A stretch of 64,000 nucleotides of DNA from NCBI RefSeq assembly GCF_001194135.2, contig NC_068990.1, positions 92,734,648 to 92,798,647 of the forward strand. Reading direction: 5' to 3'. The position numbers and the translations under genes were made by a program. Numbering within the stretch: position 1 is the stretch's first letter; each line of letters starts with the position of its first letter. This document shows positions 36,548 through 50,300 of the stretch, one piece after another. The DNA is from Octopus bimaculoides. Taxonomy: Eukaryota. The notes beneath the pieces are model-generated. The model did not search any database, was not told the origin of the DNA, and saw only the letters and a list, made by a program, of their open reading frames with translations.

Positions 36548-37093
36548 ACAATATAGAAAAGAGGAGGATCTAAGTGAAATGGTGTTGTTCAATACAAATA
36601 TTTTTAACATCTATAGGCATGTAATTACACGGCTAATGATTGCTCTAATTGTGTGCAAATACCTGTTAATTATAAGTAGAAGCGTACTGAGTTAAAGACT
36701 TTGGTCAACTCTCATTTGATAGAAGAAAAGCACGTTATTCTGTGTTGTTCTTAATCTGTTTTTCTACTTATTTTCTCATAATACAATGTTGACAAGGTGT
36801 GTGTGTGCATGTGCATACATGCTTATATTTATATGTGTATATGTATACAACTATGTTCATATGTATGTACATGTGTGTATGCATGTACAGTATGCATGAA
36901 TGTATGTTATATCTGTGTGTCTGTGTGTGTGTGTGTGTATACACACTCACACACACATATATATATGTGCATACATACATACATATCTATGTATGTTTGT
37001 ATAAAAATAAATATGTATATTTGAATCATTCAGGACAGACAAATGGCTATATTTAAGGCTAAGGATATTTGTCCTATCACTCCCCAACCACTT

Positions 37094-37190
<97 letters not shown>

Positions 37191-38894
37191 ATATATAAAA
37201 ACATATATATATATATATGACAGTACTGCCTGACTGGCACTTGCGCCAGTGGAACATTAAAAGCACCCTCCAAGCATGATCGTTGCCAGGGCTGCTGACT
37301 GGCTCCCGTGCCAGTGGCACGTAAAAAGCACCATTTGAGCGTGATCGTTGCGGATGGGCTGGAACACACAAAAAATAATTTACAAAACCTAAAGACAATT
37401 AAATAAGATACATATGGAAAATTGAAATTATATGAACGAACTAAAAGAGATTCACTAAAAAAATTTTCATATTCATAATATTTACATAACACTGTTGCTA
37501 GTATTTTTTTTTATTAGAACAGAAGTCTGGGACATTGCTATGTTGTTGCTAAGCTCCATATTGCTCCCAAACATGCAGATCTATTATACAAAAAACAGTT
37601 TCAAACATGACCATCTCACCTTTTTATTTCCCATATCCAATAGGACCTTTCTTTTAAAGCAATTTAAGGGTGTTTTGTGTGCCATTCCTAACTGAGTTTG
37701 AGGGAGTTGTGAGTATTATTTCTAGCTAGTACAGGCTCTGTTGTGATCTTAATTAGGTTATTGTTTCAGTGGTTATAAATATTAGAGAAATCTGAAATTT
37801 GACTGTATTATTTATAGTAAAGATTGTTTGCCAGCACAACATGGCAGTCCTGGTTTAGGACGAATGTTGCTGTAATTTAGCCCCAGCAGACATCATCTCC
37901 AGCTGGGTATATGACATGATCTGTGTCCTTATATTTTCGAACAAGAGAATCTAGCACCCCCACTCAGCTCAAATAACCCAGAAATCACGACACACAGATA
38001 TTGTTATGTTGGCAAACAATCTTTACTCCAAAGTACTGTTGCTGAATATCTCTGGTTGTGAGATTTAAAAATAGTAATTTTCAGTATTATTTATGTTATC
38101 AATTTATGAATGATTTCCTCATTAATGTTCAATATAATGCGATAGCAATCATTCTAAGAATCACTAAAGACATAGCAGAGAAATGGCCCTACGAACAGGA
38201 ATCAATAAGTCTGCATATGTTTAATAAACATCCACCCTTGGAGCCAGGTATCTGTTGCTTACTTTTTGTAAAACGGTTGAAATGTTGAAATATTGGGATC
38301 TCAGATAAATTTTTTTCTGCATGGCACTCTGTACTCATATGTTTGAAAAGAGGGAAAACTTGTTAAAATTTCAAAAATGATTAACAAAAGTGGTACAGGA
38401 AATATAGAACTACAAAAAAATTTTTTAAAAACTACAATAAAAATATTTTTCGCGTTGATTCAAATGACAATGGAAAGAATTAAGATAAATGGAAAAAAAG
38501 AAAAGAAAACCCAATGAATTTATCTGACAACTCAATAAAATTAAGAAAAAAATGAATATAAATGATGGAAAACAAATAAAAATGGTGAATATTTACCTGG
38601 TTTTGTTGCTAAAGACCCTCATAAGATGTTTTCAGACAGGGTATAGGTGAGAAAAGGCCAACAGGGGTGAAAGAGTCATAGAATAAGAAGTTTAGATGGG
38701 TGTGTATGTATGTGAGTATGTGTGCATGTCAGTGAGAGATATCTATATGCGTGTGTGTGTGTGTGTGGTACTCTAGAGAGTGGGAAGTGACTTGTTTTAC
38801 TCTGCGGTTCATATTTTTGAAATACTTACATGCAAGCACTTGTACTTATACACTCTAAAAGACACACACATGCATTTATATATATGCATACATA

Positions 38895-38902
38895 CATACA
38901 TA

Positions 38903-38985
<83 letters not shown>

Positions 38986-39015
38986 GTATATATATATGTG
39001 TATATATGTATATAG
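38895..39015. repeat. (TA)n microsatellite
   Basis: Long TA run with TG interruptions. Confidence 0.95.
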
Positions 39016-39349
39016 ATATATATACACGCATGCACTCACTCATACACACCCTTCACTCCTATTCTACAAACAGTTCTATTCATGTTGTTAGACGTAGTTA
39101 CGTACTGGATACTGGAGTTGGTGGAAGCCAATGAGTGTGGAATCGGTGCTGAGGGAATAGTGCAGAGATCCAGCTACACACACACACACAAACACACATG
39201 CATGCACACACATACACACTGGTCTACAAATATATGTTACTCTCTCATATATATGTATGAGTGTTTTTGTATGTGTGTGTGTGTGTGTGTGTGTATCAAC
39301 TGGTGTGTTTGAACTAGGATTGGTAAGTAGTCTCATTTAGGATGTATGA

Positions 39350-39512
<163 letters not shown>

Positions 39513-40224
39513 GTAATGGTGTGGGTGACATTGAGTTAGATAATTAATACACTACAAGTTATTTAACTGTTAATAATTGGTCAGTTTAGTGGTTGATTAG
39601 GGTGGGGGCTAAAGGACTAATATTACTGAGCCACCCACACCACCTGCACCACCACCACCACCACCACTACAACAACTACTGTAGAACTGTAGCACAATTT
39701 AATGTTTAAAGTCCAAGAAATGAAAAGAAATGAAAAAAGTAGAGAAATGGAGAGAAAAAGACAACAACAGGGATTGAAAACCAGGTCATGGACATAACTT
39801 AGAAGGAGCTTACCTCTAAGAATAATGATAATTTAATAAGTGGGAGACATTTATAGCACTGTATGTGGGTGATATTATTGTACTAACCTCTTGAAGAGAT
39901 GGAACTATTGTGTAAGTCTGGTGCTATGGAAAACCCTCATTCTGGTAATGGTTTACATATAATTTCCATTATGTTTGCTTAAAGATTTTTGCTATTTTCT
40001 GTATCTTCAAGTCTTCACATAACTGGAGTCCCTTTCCTCATCAATCTGCATTAAATTTGGTCTGAAATAGTCATGTAAATGTTTCTAGCTTTTTGTCAGT
40101 TCTTTGTTGGGTGAAGAACTGCATTCTTCATTTCAATATGAGAGTGCTGGGTCCCATCTACTTTTTGCTTGCCTTATCTTGGAGAGTATTTATTTCCAGG
40201 ACCTTACTGTTTCTGGCAACTTAC

Positions 40225-40416
40225 CTGCCCTACCCGTGCTTTCCGTCCCCTCTTCATCTTTTCCACAAGATACTGCTGGTTATTGCTGCATAGGGGAACC
40301 TTCAGTCTTCTAGAATCAAGGAAGAGGCAATCTCCTTCAATGTTTCTGGAACAACAAAGTCTGCTGGTCCTAGGATTTGGTATAACCTTAGAACCAGCTA
40401 CCTCTGTTGTTGCCAT
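40225..40416 (-). CDS. Candidate first coding exon of the uncharacterised gene (MATTEVAG...ARVGQ)
   Basis: 64-codon ORF from ATG 40416 ending at a strong phase-0 donor CAG|GTAAGT (40225/40224), phase-compatible with the acceptor TTTTACTCTCAG before 34843. No homology support. Confidence 0.3.
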
Positions 40417-40540
40417 TGCTGTTTTTTCATTTCTTCTGGATATAAGAAATCTTTAAATATCCATTCCTACCACATATATTTTCTACCTTGAAAAACCAGC
40501 CATAAAACTTTTCTGCCAGGACTCATTTCAGGACACAACT

Positions 40541-40672
40541 ACTTCAGAATTGTTTCATGGTTTTGAAGGGTCTTAAAATCTTGTACTTCAGAATTGTTTC
40601 ATGGCTTTGAAGAGTCTTAAAATCTTGTACTTCAGAATTGTTTCATGGTCTTGAAGGGTCTTAAAATCTTGT
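40541..40672. repeat. 3 x 44-bp tandem repeat
   Basis: acttcagaattgtttcatggyyttgaagrgtcttaaaatcttgt at 40541, 40585, 40629. Confidence 0.9.
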
Positions 40673-41582
40673 ATGTCTGCCACTACTGTCACCAGCGCCA
40701 GCGCCACCACCACCACCACCACCACCACAACAACAACAACAACAAAAGAACATCATCATCATCATCACCATCATGGTGATCATCATCATTTTAATATTCA
40801 CTTTTCCATGTTTGGATGAGATCAGACAGAAATTGTTTAAGGCAGATTTTCTACTTTTTATTTCAAAAATTATTTTTATCAGTTGAAAATGAAAAAGACT
40901 TTTTTTTTTCCTTTAAACAGATTCATTGTTGCTCCCTTTCTTATTACTAATCTTCAGTTTCACAAGTAGAGGCAGCCATGTTGAAAAATTATTCTAAGCA
41001 CAATAAAAATTTCATTAAAAAATTTCAAATGATGTTTAAACCAATCTTCTGTCTACCTCACATACCAAAATAGTGACATGCCAACATTCCAGCATCCATT
41101 GTTTGTAAGATGAGCCAAAATGAAACAATTATCATTCAGTAAAACTTGTAAATAATCCAAAAATTCTTGGAAAGCTTTATAACGCTTCCAACAAACACAA
41201 ATAATGGTTTCAAATTTTGGCACAAGGCCAGCAATTTTAAGGGAGGGGATGAGTCGATTACATTGTTCCCTGTGCTCATCTGCTACTATTTTATCAACTC
41301 AAAAAGGATGAATGGCAAAGTCAACCTTGGTGGAATTTGAACTCAGAATGCTAAAAGTTGGAAGAAATGTTGCTAAGCATTTCATTCCATGTGCAAATGG
41401 TTCAGCCAGCATGCCACCGGATGACAAAAAAAAAAAAAAAAGAAACAAATTTTGGCATAAGGCCAGTGATTTATCAACCCCCAAAAGATGAAAGGCAAAG
41501 CTGACCTTGACAGCTAGAAGAGTCGGTGCTAAGCTTTTCGTCTAAAGAGGTAATGATTCTGCTTGTTCACTACCTTCATAAT

Positions 41583-42350
41583 AATAATCATCATCATCAT
41601 CGTTTAACGTCCGCTTTCCATGCTAGCATGGGTTGGACGATTTGACTGAGGACTGGTGCAACCGGATGGCTACACCAGGCTCCAATCTAATTTGGCAGAG
41701 TTTCTACAGCTGGATGCCCTTCCTAATGCCAACCACTCAGAGAGTGTAGTGGGTGCTTTTACGTGTCACCCGCACGAAAACGGCCACGCTCGAAATGGTG
41801 TCTTTTATGTGCCACCCGCACAAGAGCCAGTCCAGGGGCCCTGGCAACGATCTCACTTGGCTTGCCGGGTCTTCTCACACACAGCACATTTCCAAAAGTC
41901 TCGGTCAGTAGTCATCGCCTCGGTGAGGCCCNNNNNNNNNNNNNNNNNNNNNNNNNNNNNNNNNNNNNNNNNNNNNNNNNNNNNNATGTTCAGCTTTTCT
42001 CTCAAGATACTTACACTCTGACGGGTATGCACATTTACATTACACATCCAGCGGAGCATACTGGCTTCATTCCTTGCGAGCTTACGCATGTCCTCAGCAG
42101 TCATAGCCCATGTTTCACTGCCATGTAGCATGGCTGTTCGTACACATGCGTCATACAGTCTGCCTTTTACTCTGAGTGAGAGTCCCTTTGTCGCCAGCAG
42201 AGGTAAGAGCTCTCTAAACTTGGCCCAGGCTATTCTTATTCTAGCAGTTACACTTTCAGCGCACCCACCCCCACTACTAACTTGGTCACCCAGATAGCGG
42301 AAGCTATCAACTACCTCTAGTTTTTCTCCCTGGAATGAGATAGTTGTTTC
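41583..42350 (-). mobile_element. RTE LINE 3' fragment
   Basis: LEVVDSFRYLGDQV..RIRIAWAKFRELLPLL..LRWMCNV, RTE 3' UTR and catcat tail; spans an N gap. Confidence 0.9.
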
Positions 42351-42602
42351 CTGTTTGTTAATAATAATAATAATAATAATAATGAAAATGGTTTCAAATT
42401 TTGGCACAAGGGCAGCAATTTCAGGGGAGGGGATGAGTTGATTACATTGACCTCAGTACCCAACTGGTACTTAATTTATTGACCCCGAATGAATGAAAAG
42501 CAAAGTCGACCTCAGCAGAATTTGAACTCAGAACGTAATGGCAGACGAAATACCACTACGCATTTCATCCAGCATGCTAATGATTCTGCCAGCTCACCAC
42601 CT

Positions 42603-42640
<38 letters not shown>

Positions 42641-43600
42641 TTCTTTTATTAGCCACAAGGGCATAGATGAGGGGATATCACAAGGATTTCGGATCTTTTT
42701 TGTTTGGTTGCACTTTCTAAAATTTTCAAATTTGGAGTATTGGTGTAATTTTCCATGCTGAATCTCAAAGCCAAATTCATTTATTCTAGAAAATTTTTTT
42801 TTTAAATGTTACGAGTTTTAAAGTTTGATCATTTTTACTCAGTCAGAAAACAGGATTTGGAAGCTGTCATTTTGTGCATCACTGCACGTGTTGTCAACAT
42901 TGTGATGATAGCATCTGTTTTAATATCAAACTGTAAACAAACTGGCAGAATTCTGCTTTACGCACGCCATATAACTTTTCATAACTTCTTTATTTTTTAT
43001 AATTTTCAGAAAAGTTTTTGAAAATTTGTATTCTACACATGGGAATTCATATGATTATGCAAAAACCAAATAAAAATTTCGGTGCATGATTTAAGGCCTA
43101 TTTAGCTGTTATTTTTAGCACATCTCACAACTACCTCACGAGTTTTAAGCATTTAATTAGTGAAAAATGACCATGTGGGTTCAGTGTGGCACCTTGGACA
43201 AGTGTCTTCTACTATAAGCCTTGGGCTGACCAAAGTCTTGTCAATGGATAAAGTAAACAGAAAACTGCTTGTCATATACACATGCATGTATGTGTGCGTG
43301 GCCTTGTCTTGATATTGTATGATTGTTATAAACAATCATCACCATCATAGAAGTAGTGTTGTCAATTTAACTGAAAACATGTCCAACCTTAGGAAAATAT
43401 TACATCACTTGGAAACAGGTGAGCGTTGGTTGATAATAAGAGTATCTGAATGTAGGAAATCTACCTTAATGAATTCAGTATGACTCATGCAGGCATAGAA
43501 ATAAAGAAATAGATGTTATGATGGCAATGCTGATGATGCATAAACAAAAAAACAAGAAATAAAATATCAACGAAGACGTAAGTCAAGATTGAGAAATTTA

Positions 43601-46600
43601 TTACCAAAATTTCAGTGCTATATTAAAGTACCGCAATATGACTATTGGTGTACAGGAAAGAAACATATATACAACAAGGATCATTATTGCTTGCATAGTT
43701 TGGGTATAGAGAGTTTTGACTGCATAATTGACAGCTCCAGTTAAGAGGTTACAGATGAGGAAAAATAGTAAACCATTGTAGTTGATAGCATCGAGGATAC
43801 AAAGTTTGGAGACTGTAAAATCAGGGTTCGTATTAGGAGAGTTACTTTTCTTTTGACCTAGTAAAGAAAGAAGCAAAAATAATAATAATAATAATAATAA
43901 TAATAAGCAATTGTGAAAGAGATATAACATATGTAATTTTTAAAAATAAATAATGGTTTCTAATGATGTTTTTTGAAAGTGATCATATAATAATAAAGTT
44001 TTCACAATTTCAAATTTAGAAAAGTGGTGAGAGGCAAATACATGGTCGGCTGGTTGTGAGGATTACTTCCCAATCATGTGGTCTTGGGATCAGTTCTCTG
44101 GGTGGCACCTTGGGCAAGTGTCTTCTATAACTAATGCTTTCTATTATAGCCCTAAGGCTGGCCAAACAACTGTGAATAGATTTGGTAGAGCAAAACTGAA
44201 AGAAACACATTGTATCTTCATCGTCTAATGTTTGTTTTCATGAGTTAAATGATTTGACAGGATCCAGAAAACCCACAGAGATGCTTCATGCTAAGTTGAG
44301 CGTGTGTGCGTTTGCATATGAGTGTGTGCCATTGTGGCTCTCAACTGGGGTCCATATGACCTGGGGTGGGGGGAGGTCAGAAGATTTTGTTGTTAAAAAT
44401 TGTTCAAATAAAGTCGGTTATACTTCCACAATGCACAAAACATTTTAACAATTTCTTTTATACAATTCCTAATAATATTTAAGTCTAAAGATGTTTTGTT
44501 TTGTTTCATTTGAAATGGCTACTTTAGGGTCCAGTAGAGTAAAACTGGAATGGAAGGGGTCCACTAGTAAAAAAAGGTTGACAACCTCTGTTCTAGACAT
44601 TACATTATGATAGTAAACGAGCATCACCACCATACAAGCAGTGCTGTTCCTTTCCAGTCTTCCACGAAAAACATATCTAGCAATGAGAAAGCATTACTTT
44701 GCTTGGAAACAGGTGAGGGTTCAGGTCCACTGCATGGCATCTTGGAAGGGCATCCAACCAACACCACCAAAGTTTACTAATATCATCTCTTATTTTTATT
44801 CTCTTTCTCTTTTTCTCTCTCTGACTTTCTTGCATGTTTTCTCTCTCTCTCTCATCCTTGGTCCGCTATTTCTGCCACTTCCCCCCCTCCCTTACTATTT
44901 CTTCTTTTACTCTCTCTCTCTCTATATATATATTTTACTGCTTCTCCCCCACCCCGCTCTCTATTTCCATTCACCATTATCGTCACTAACCTCGCTGCCG
45001 CCGCCACCAACACCACAACTATCATCTTTTTTTTTAACTCTATCTGAGTTACTTCCCTTCACATAATATTGTATTTGATGTTCTGAGCTCAAATTCTGCC
45101 GAGCTTCTTAGTTTTTCCGTTTTTCTAGTACAGCAGCATTTGTTACTCTGTCTTTCCAACTTATTCTTCCTAATTTGAAATCCACATCTCAAAGGCTTCT
45201 TTCTTCTCCAATGCTATTATACATTGTCCACATAAATATACAGAGAAACAATAAACCACCCATTATAAACCCCACAGACAAAATTAGGGATGAAACGATC
45301 AACTTACTACTTTTCGTTTTAGACTGTTTTTGAGAGGAAGCCAACAGTGAAATAATTAACTCAGCAGCAAGTAAAATAGCTAATTCTTGAGTAGTGAGGG
45401 CCACCTGCAGATAGAGAAACATAGAGACATATACTTTATTGATATTTAGGATTGATTACAAATAAAAATAGTCATAAATATAAAGATATATTTTATATAT
45501 TTCTTTCAACACATAAATACTGAGAGAACAGCATATACAGGATAAAATCCTCAAAGAGCAGAAAATATTTTCCCAGCTCTGTAAGGATTTTGTCCTACGT
45601 ATGCTGTTCTAGCAGTATTTATGTGTTGAAAAACAAAAAATATCTTTCTACTTGTTCTACAATCCATTTCAGCGCTTCAAAAAAACTTATGCTTGTTTAC
45701 ACATGATGTAATTTATTCTTTTTCTTTTATCCGTTTCAGTCATTTGACTGCGGCCATGCTGGAGCACCACCTTTTAGTTGAGCAAATCGACCCCAGGACT
45801 TATTCTTTGTAAGCCTAGTACTTATTCTATCGGTCTCTTTTGGTGAACTGCTAAGCTGTGGGGGACATAAACATACCAGCATCGGTTGTCAAGCAATGTT
45901 GGAGGGGGACTCATCTTGCAAGTTACTTGGTGGCCTCGGTAGTGCTGGTGCCACAAAAAAAAAAAACCACCCTGTACACTCGGTAAAGTGGTTGACATTA
46001 GAAAGGGCATCCGGCTGTAGAAAGCACATGAAAACTGAGACACTGGAGCTTGGCACGGCCCTCTCGCTCATTGGTTCCTATTGAACCCTCTGACCCATAC
46101 AAAGCATAGAAAGAGAAACATTAGATGATGATGATGATAATGGAGATTAGTTGAAATTAAAGGCCAGACTGGAGTCTGATGCAGCCTACCAGCATGTCAG
46201 CCCAGTCAAACCATCCAACCCATGACAGCATGGACAATGGACAACAAATGATGATGATGATGATGAATATACTTACTATCCAAATAATATATGGTAAATT
46301 GACCAAACGTCTGGATATTGGTCCAATAACATGTCGACATACTCGAAGGAGAAGCCAACAGCCTATACAGAATCCGGTCAGTCCTTGCAGGCATTTTAGC
46401 CAATCAAACAGTGTATTCCTGTAAAAGTAGACATTTGCTATCAATATTTTTATGATGGTCACAGAGTTTCAAAATTACGACAAGAGCCAAATATTAAAAC
46501 ATTGATCTCAAATTTTGGCACAAGGCCAGCAATTTCAAGGGAGAGGGGTTAAGCCGATTACATTGACCCCAGTGTTCAACTGGTACTTGTTTTATCAACC

Positions 46601-47311
46601 CTGAAAAGGATGAAAGGCAAAGTCGGCCTCGGCAGAATTTGAACTCAGAACATAAAGGTGGATGAAACGCTGCAAAGCCTTGTTGTCCAGCAGGGCAATG
46701 GCTCACCCTGCTCTCAATGCCCTTCAATCTTTGGATATGATTCGGGAGCATTAATCAGGATTTTGGTGTCCACAATCATGAGGAAACATAGAGTCTCTTT
46801 CTCTCAGCCTTCCCACGATTGACTCTGTGGAACATCAAGGATGTGACAGCTGGGGGGGGGGGGGGGAGAGAGAACTGCAGCATCAGCTGACTGGAGTAAC
46901 ATGAAATGAAGAGCCTTAATCAAGGATAGTACTGCACTGCCTAGTCTAAGAACTGTGTGCCTTGGGTATGTCCTGCTGTGGTTTGCTGTGATGCTCTTAT
47001 GGTTACTGTATTGAAAGTGCTTTACGTAGGATGTGTGTGGTGCCTAGTAGTGCTATTTTCTATATGTTATATATACTTGTAAGTCCTGGTGTTTTTGTTA
47101 TGTATTTGTCTGAATATTTTTTTTATTAGACCTAAGGCGCCCACTATGATAGGAATTGTTTCTGTTTTTCGATTCCACATTCGAGTTACCTCTATTTCCA
47201 GGTCTTTGTATTTTGAAAGTTTTTCCATTTCTTTTAGAGAAACGTTGTCATCTGCTGGTATTGATACATCAATTAGAAAGCATTGATGTATCAATACCAG
47301 CAGATGAATGG

Positions 47312-47347
<36 letters not shown>

Positions 47348-50300
47348 CATTATTTCTAAACTATAATTTATGGACAAACATTCTATATTTCAGGGGCCAT
47401 TAAGGGATAGTCAATAACAACAAAAGTAACATTCCAAACAGACAAACATTTAGATTCACTCATTCTATAACATGAGGAAGCAGACAAACTGCTAAACTAG
47501 ACAAAGATTGATCAAACGAACTGCATAATATCAAAGCAGTCATAAATCAGCTGAGGTAAGTATCATATACAATTATAAATACCTTGTTCCAAAGAGAAAC
47601 TGTCCCAGTTGTACACCGGCAAAGTAGAGGGCCATGTAACCAAATGATGAGAAGATGCCTTCACGATTAGCATCGAACAGACCTTTTCTTGTTCCTTGTC
47701 CATCCCAGCCATTGATAATGTATTTCTCGAGACCAGAATACAAGCACCACTGGTAACCAGCACATATAATGAGACTGAGGATCCAGCTCTTACATCTTCC
47801 AGAAAAAATGCAGCAAAAAAGGGTTGAGAGAACCTGGTTTGGGAGGATGAAAACAGAATTAATAATCATCAATGACATCATCATCATAATCTCCACCACC
47901 TTCATTATCATCATCATTATTGTCATAATCATCACCATCACCACTGCCATCATAGTTGTCATTAACATTGTCAGTTAAAAAATAGGTACAACACATTAAC
48001 ACCACAGAGTCTTCACTTGACTACTTGACTTTGATCAGACAGCAGACTGACAGACAGACAGACAAAAATTGAAAGTTTCAGTTTCCGTCTACCAAATCCA
48101 CTCACAAGGCTTTTATTAGTCCAAGGTTATAGTAAAAGATACTTGCCCAAGATGCCATGCAGGGGGACTGAACCCAGAACCATGTGGTTGGGAAGCAAGC
48201 TTCTTATCACACAGACATTTCTATACAGTTCTCAGACAGTACTCATATGTAAGTGGATTGTAAACTACATTCACACCACAAAAACTTTCTCTTGTATAAA
48301 GTTATTTCTTTCTTAGCAAGTTGACTGAATTGTGGCAAAAAGATTGAAAGGGTTCTTGTAAATTCCTTTCCTTGGCTCCTTCAATGGAACCAATTCTAAG
48401 AGGGACATGGGACAAATGGCTCCAGTACTTGACTGCTACTTATTTAACAATCTCAAAGGTGATGAAAGGCCAAGTTGACCTCAGAAGGATTTGAACTCAG
48501 AATGCAGAAAATTGGAACAAATGCCAGAAGGTATCTTATCCTGCTCTGTAACAACTCTATTAGTTCATCACCTTATATGGCTATGGGATTTTTTTTTTTT
48601 TTGTATACAGTTGGACTGTTAACTTCAGTCACAGCACAAAGATTGCTTCTAGACCAAGTTATTAAATATTTCCAGATATCTCCTGTGACTGAAGGATTAA
48701 CTGGTGCTGAACATCTGATCCCATATTTAACTGCATTCAATTCTTTCTCCCTTGAACTACAAGTTTCTAAAATATTTCCCTTCCCACATTTTGCTTTTCA
48801 TGCTCTCAACCTGAATAAAAAAGAAAAAAATGAAACTGATCATCAGCTGCCTCAGCTTTAGGTTGATGTAGTTTCCTCACTGAAAGAAAGAAAACCTGCA
48901 AATAACCAAAATAATTTTTAACAAAATGAAATGGGATAAGTAAAACTAGAAATGAAAGAAGATGGTATACTAGGTCAATTAGTATCTTTTTTCAAACAGT
49001 TCCATGAGAATGTCATAGGTTTATTGGGAGGGAATTAAACACTTACCTTTACAACTGCTAGAGTGAAGAAAAAGTTCCAATGGACACCATACTCAGAATA
49101 ATGTTCTTGGTAGTCTGTCCCTTTCACAACGATCATTCGACTGAGGCCAAGGGTCAGTAGTGGAACACAAGCCTTCATTGAGAGAAACAACACAGACAAC
49201 CAGTCTAAGAATGATCTAGATTAAAGATAGAAATTGGTTAGAATTTTAACATAGTCTAAACTTAAAAGACTTTTTACTGACTAAGACAAGTATTTTGGAG
49301 TTATACATTCCATCAGAACAATTTTCAGTGGCATCAAAATGGCCAACAAATTATACTATAAGCAAATTAGGAAGATTATGAATGTTATATCCAGATAAAC
49401 AACTGCTAAATATAGAGATTTAGATTACAAGTTCTTTGCATAAATGAAAAATAGGGGTGCATCTTCTCTGATGAGGAGGCAATCACCCTCAAAACAGGAT
49501 TCTCAATTATTTTTCTGCTTTCTTAAAAGAACAATAAGATGTTTTCACACCAGCTGCAATCTTCATAGCCATGGCTTTCAAATAAATAAATGTAGATTTA
49601 TCTATATTATACATGTGTCAGAAATTCTGAATTATTCTGTATACAATACATATATATTCATGACATCTTTTAGTCAAGAGGGAGGAAGATATCCTCAAAC
49701 CAGAAACTGTTGAAGGCACCCAAGGTACCGGGTGGTAGTGTTAAACCTGGCAACAACTTAACAGTATCACCATGGCAAGATTTGAACTCAGAATGCTAAG
49801 AGATGAAAAAGAATACTACAAAGCAACTGGTTCAATGTTCTCATAGTTCTGCCAGTCTTGGATTGGTAACTTTTTTTTATCAACCCTAAAAGAATGAAAA
49901 GCAAAGTTGAATTTGTGAGGATTTGAACTCAGATCACAGACACTTCAAACAAATACCACAAAGCATTCTGTTCAACACTCAAATAAACTACAATATACAC
50001 ATCAACATTACATCAACTTTACATGCTGGCACTGGTTGGATAGGCTGTCATGGCTCAAGCCAGATGACCATGTGTCAATCATACACTTCAATTTTGGTAT
50101 GGTTTGAGCTGTCCAAAGAGATGATGGTCAGAAGGGGCAAGATGTGGCTATTCCAGCAATTCAAAACTCAATTTTTCAATGGTTTCAGTGGTGTGGGTGG
50201 CCGTATGCTGGTGTGCATTGTCCTGCAACAATAACATTTGCTTTAACAGCAGACTTCAGTGTTTGGTGTGAATTGCTGGTTTCGGTCTGTTGGTCAGCAT

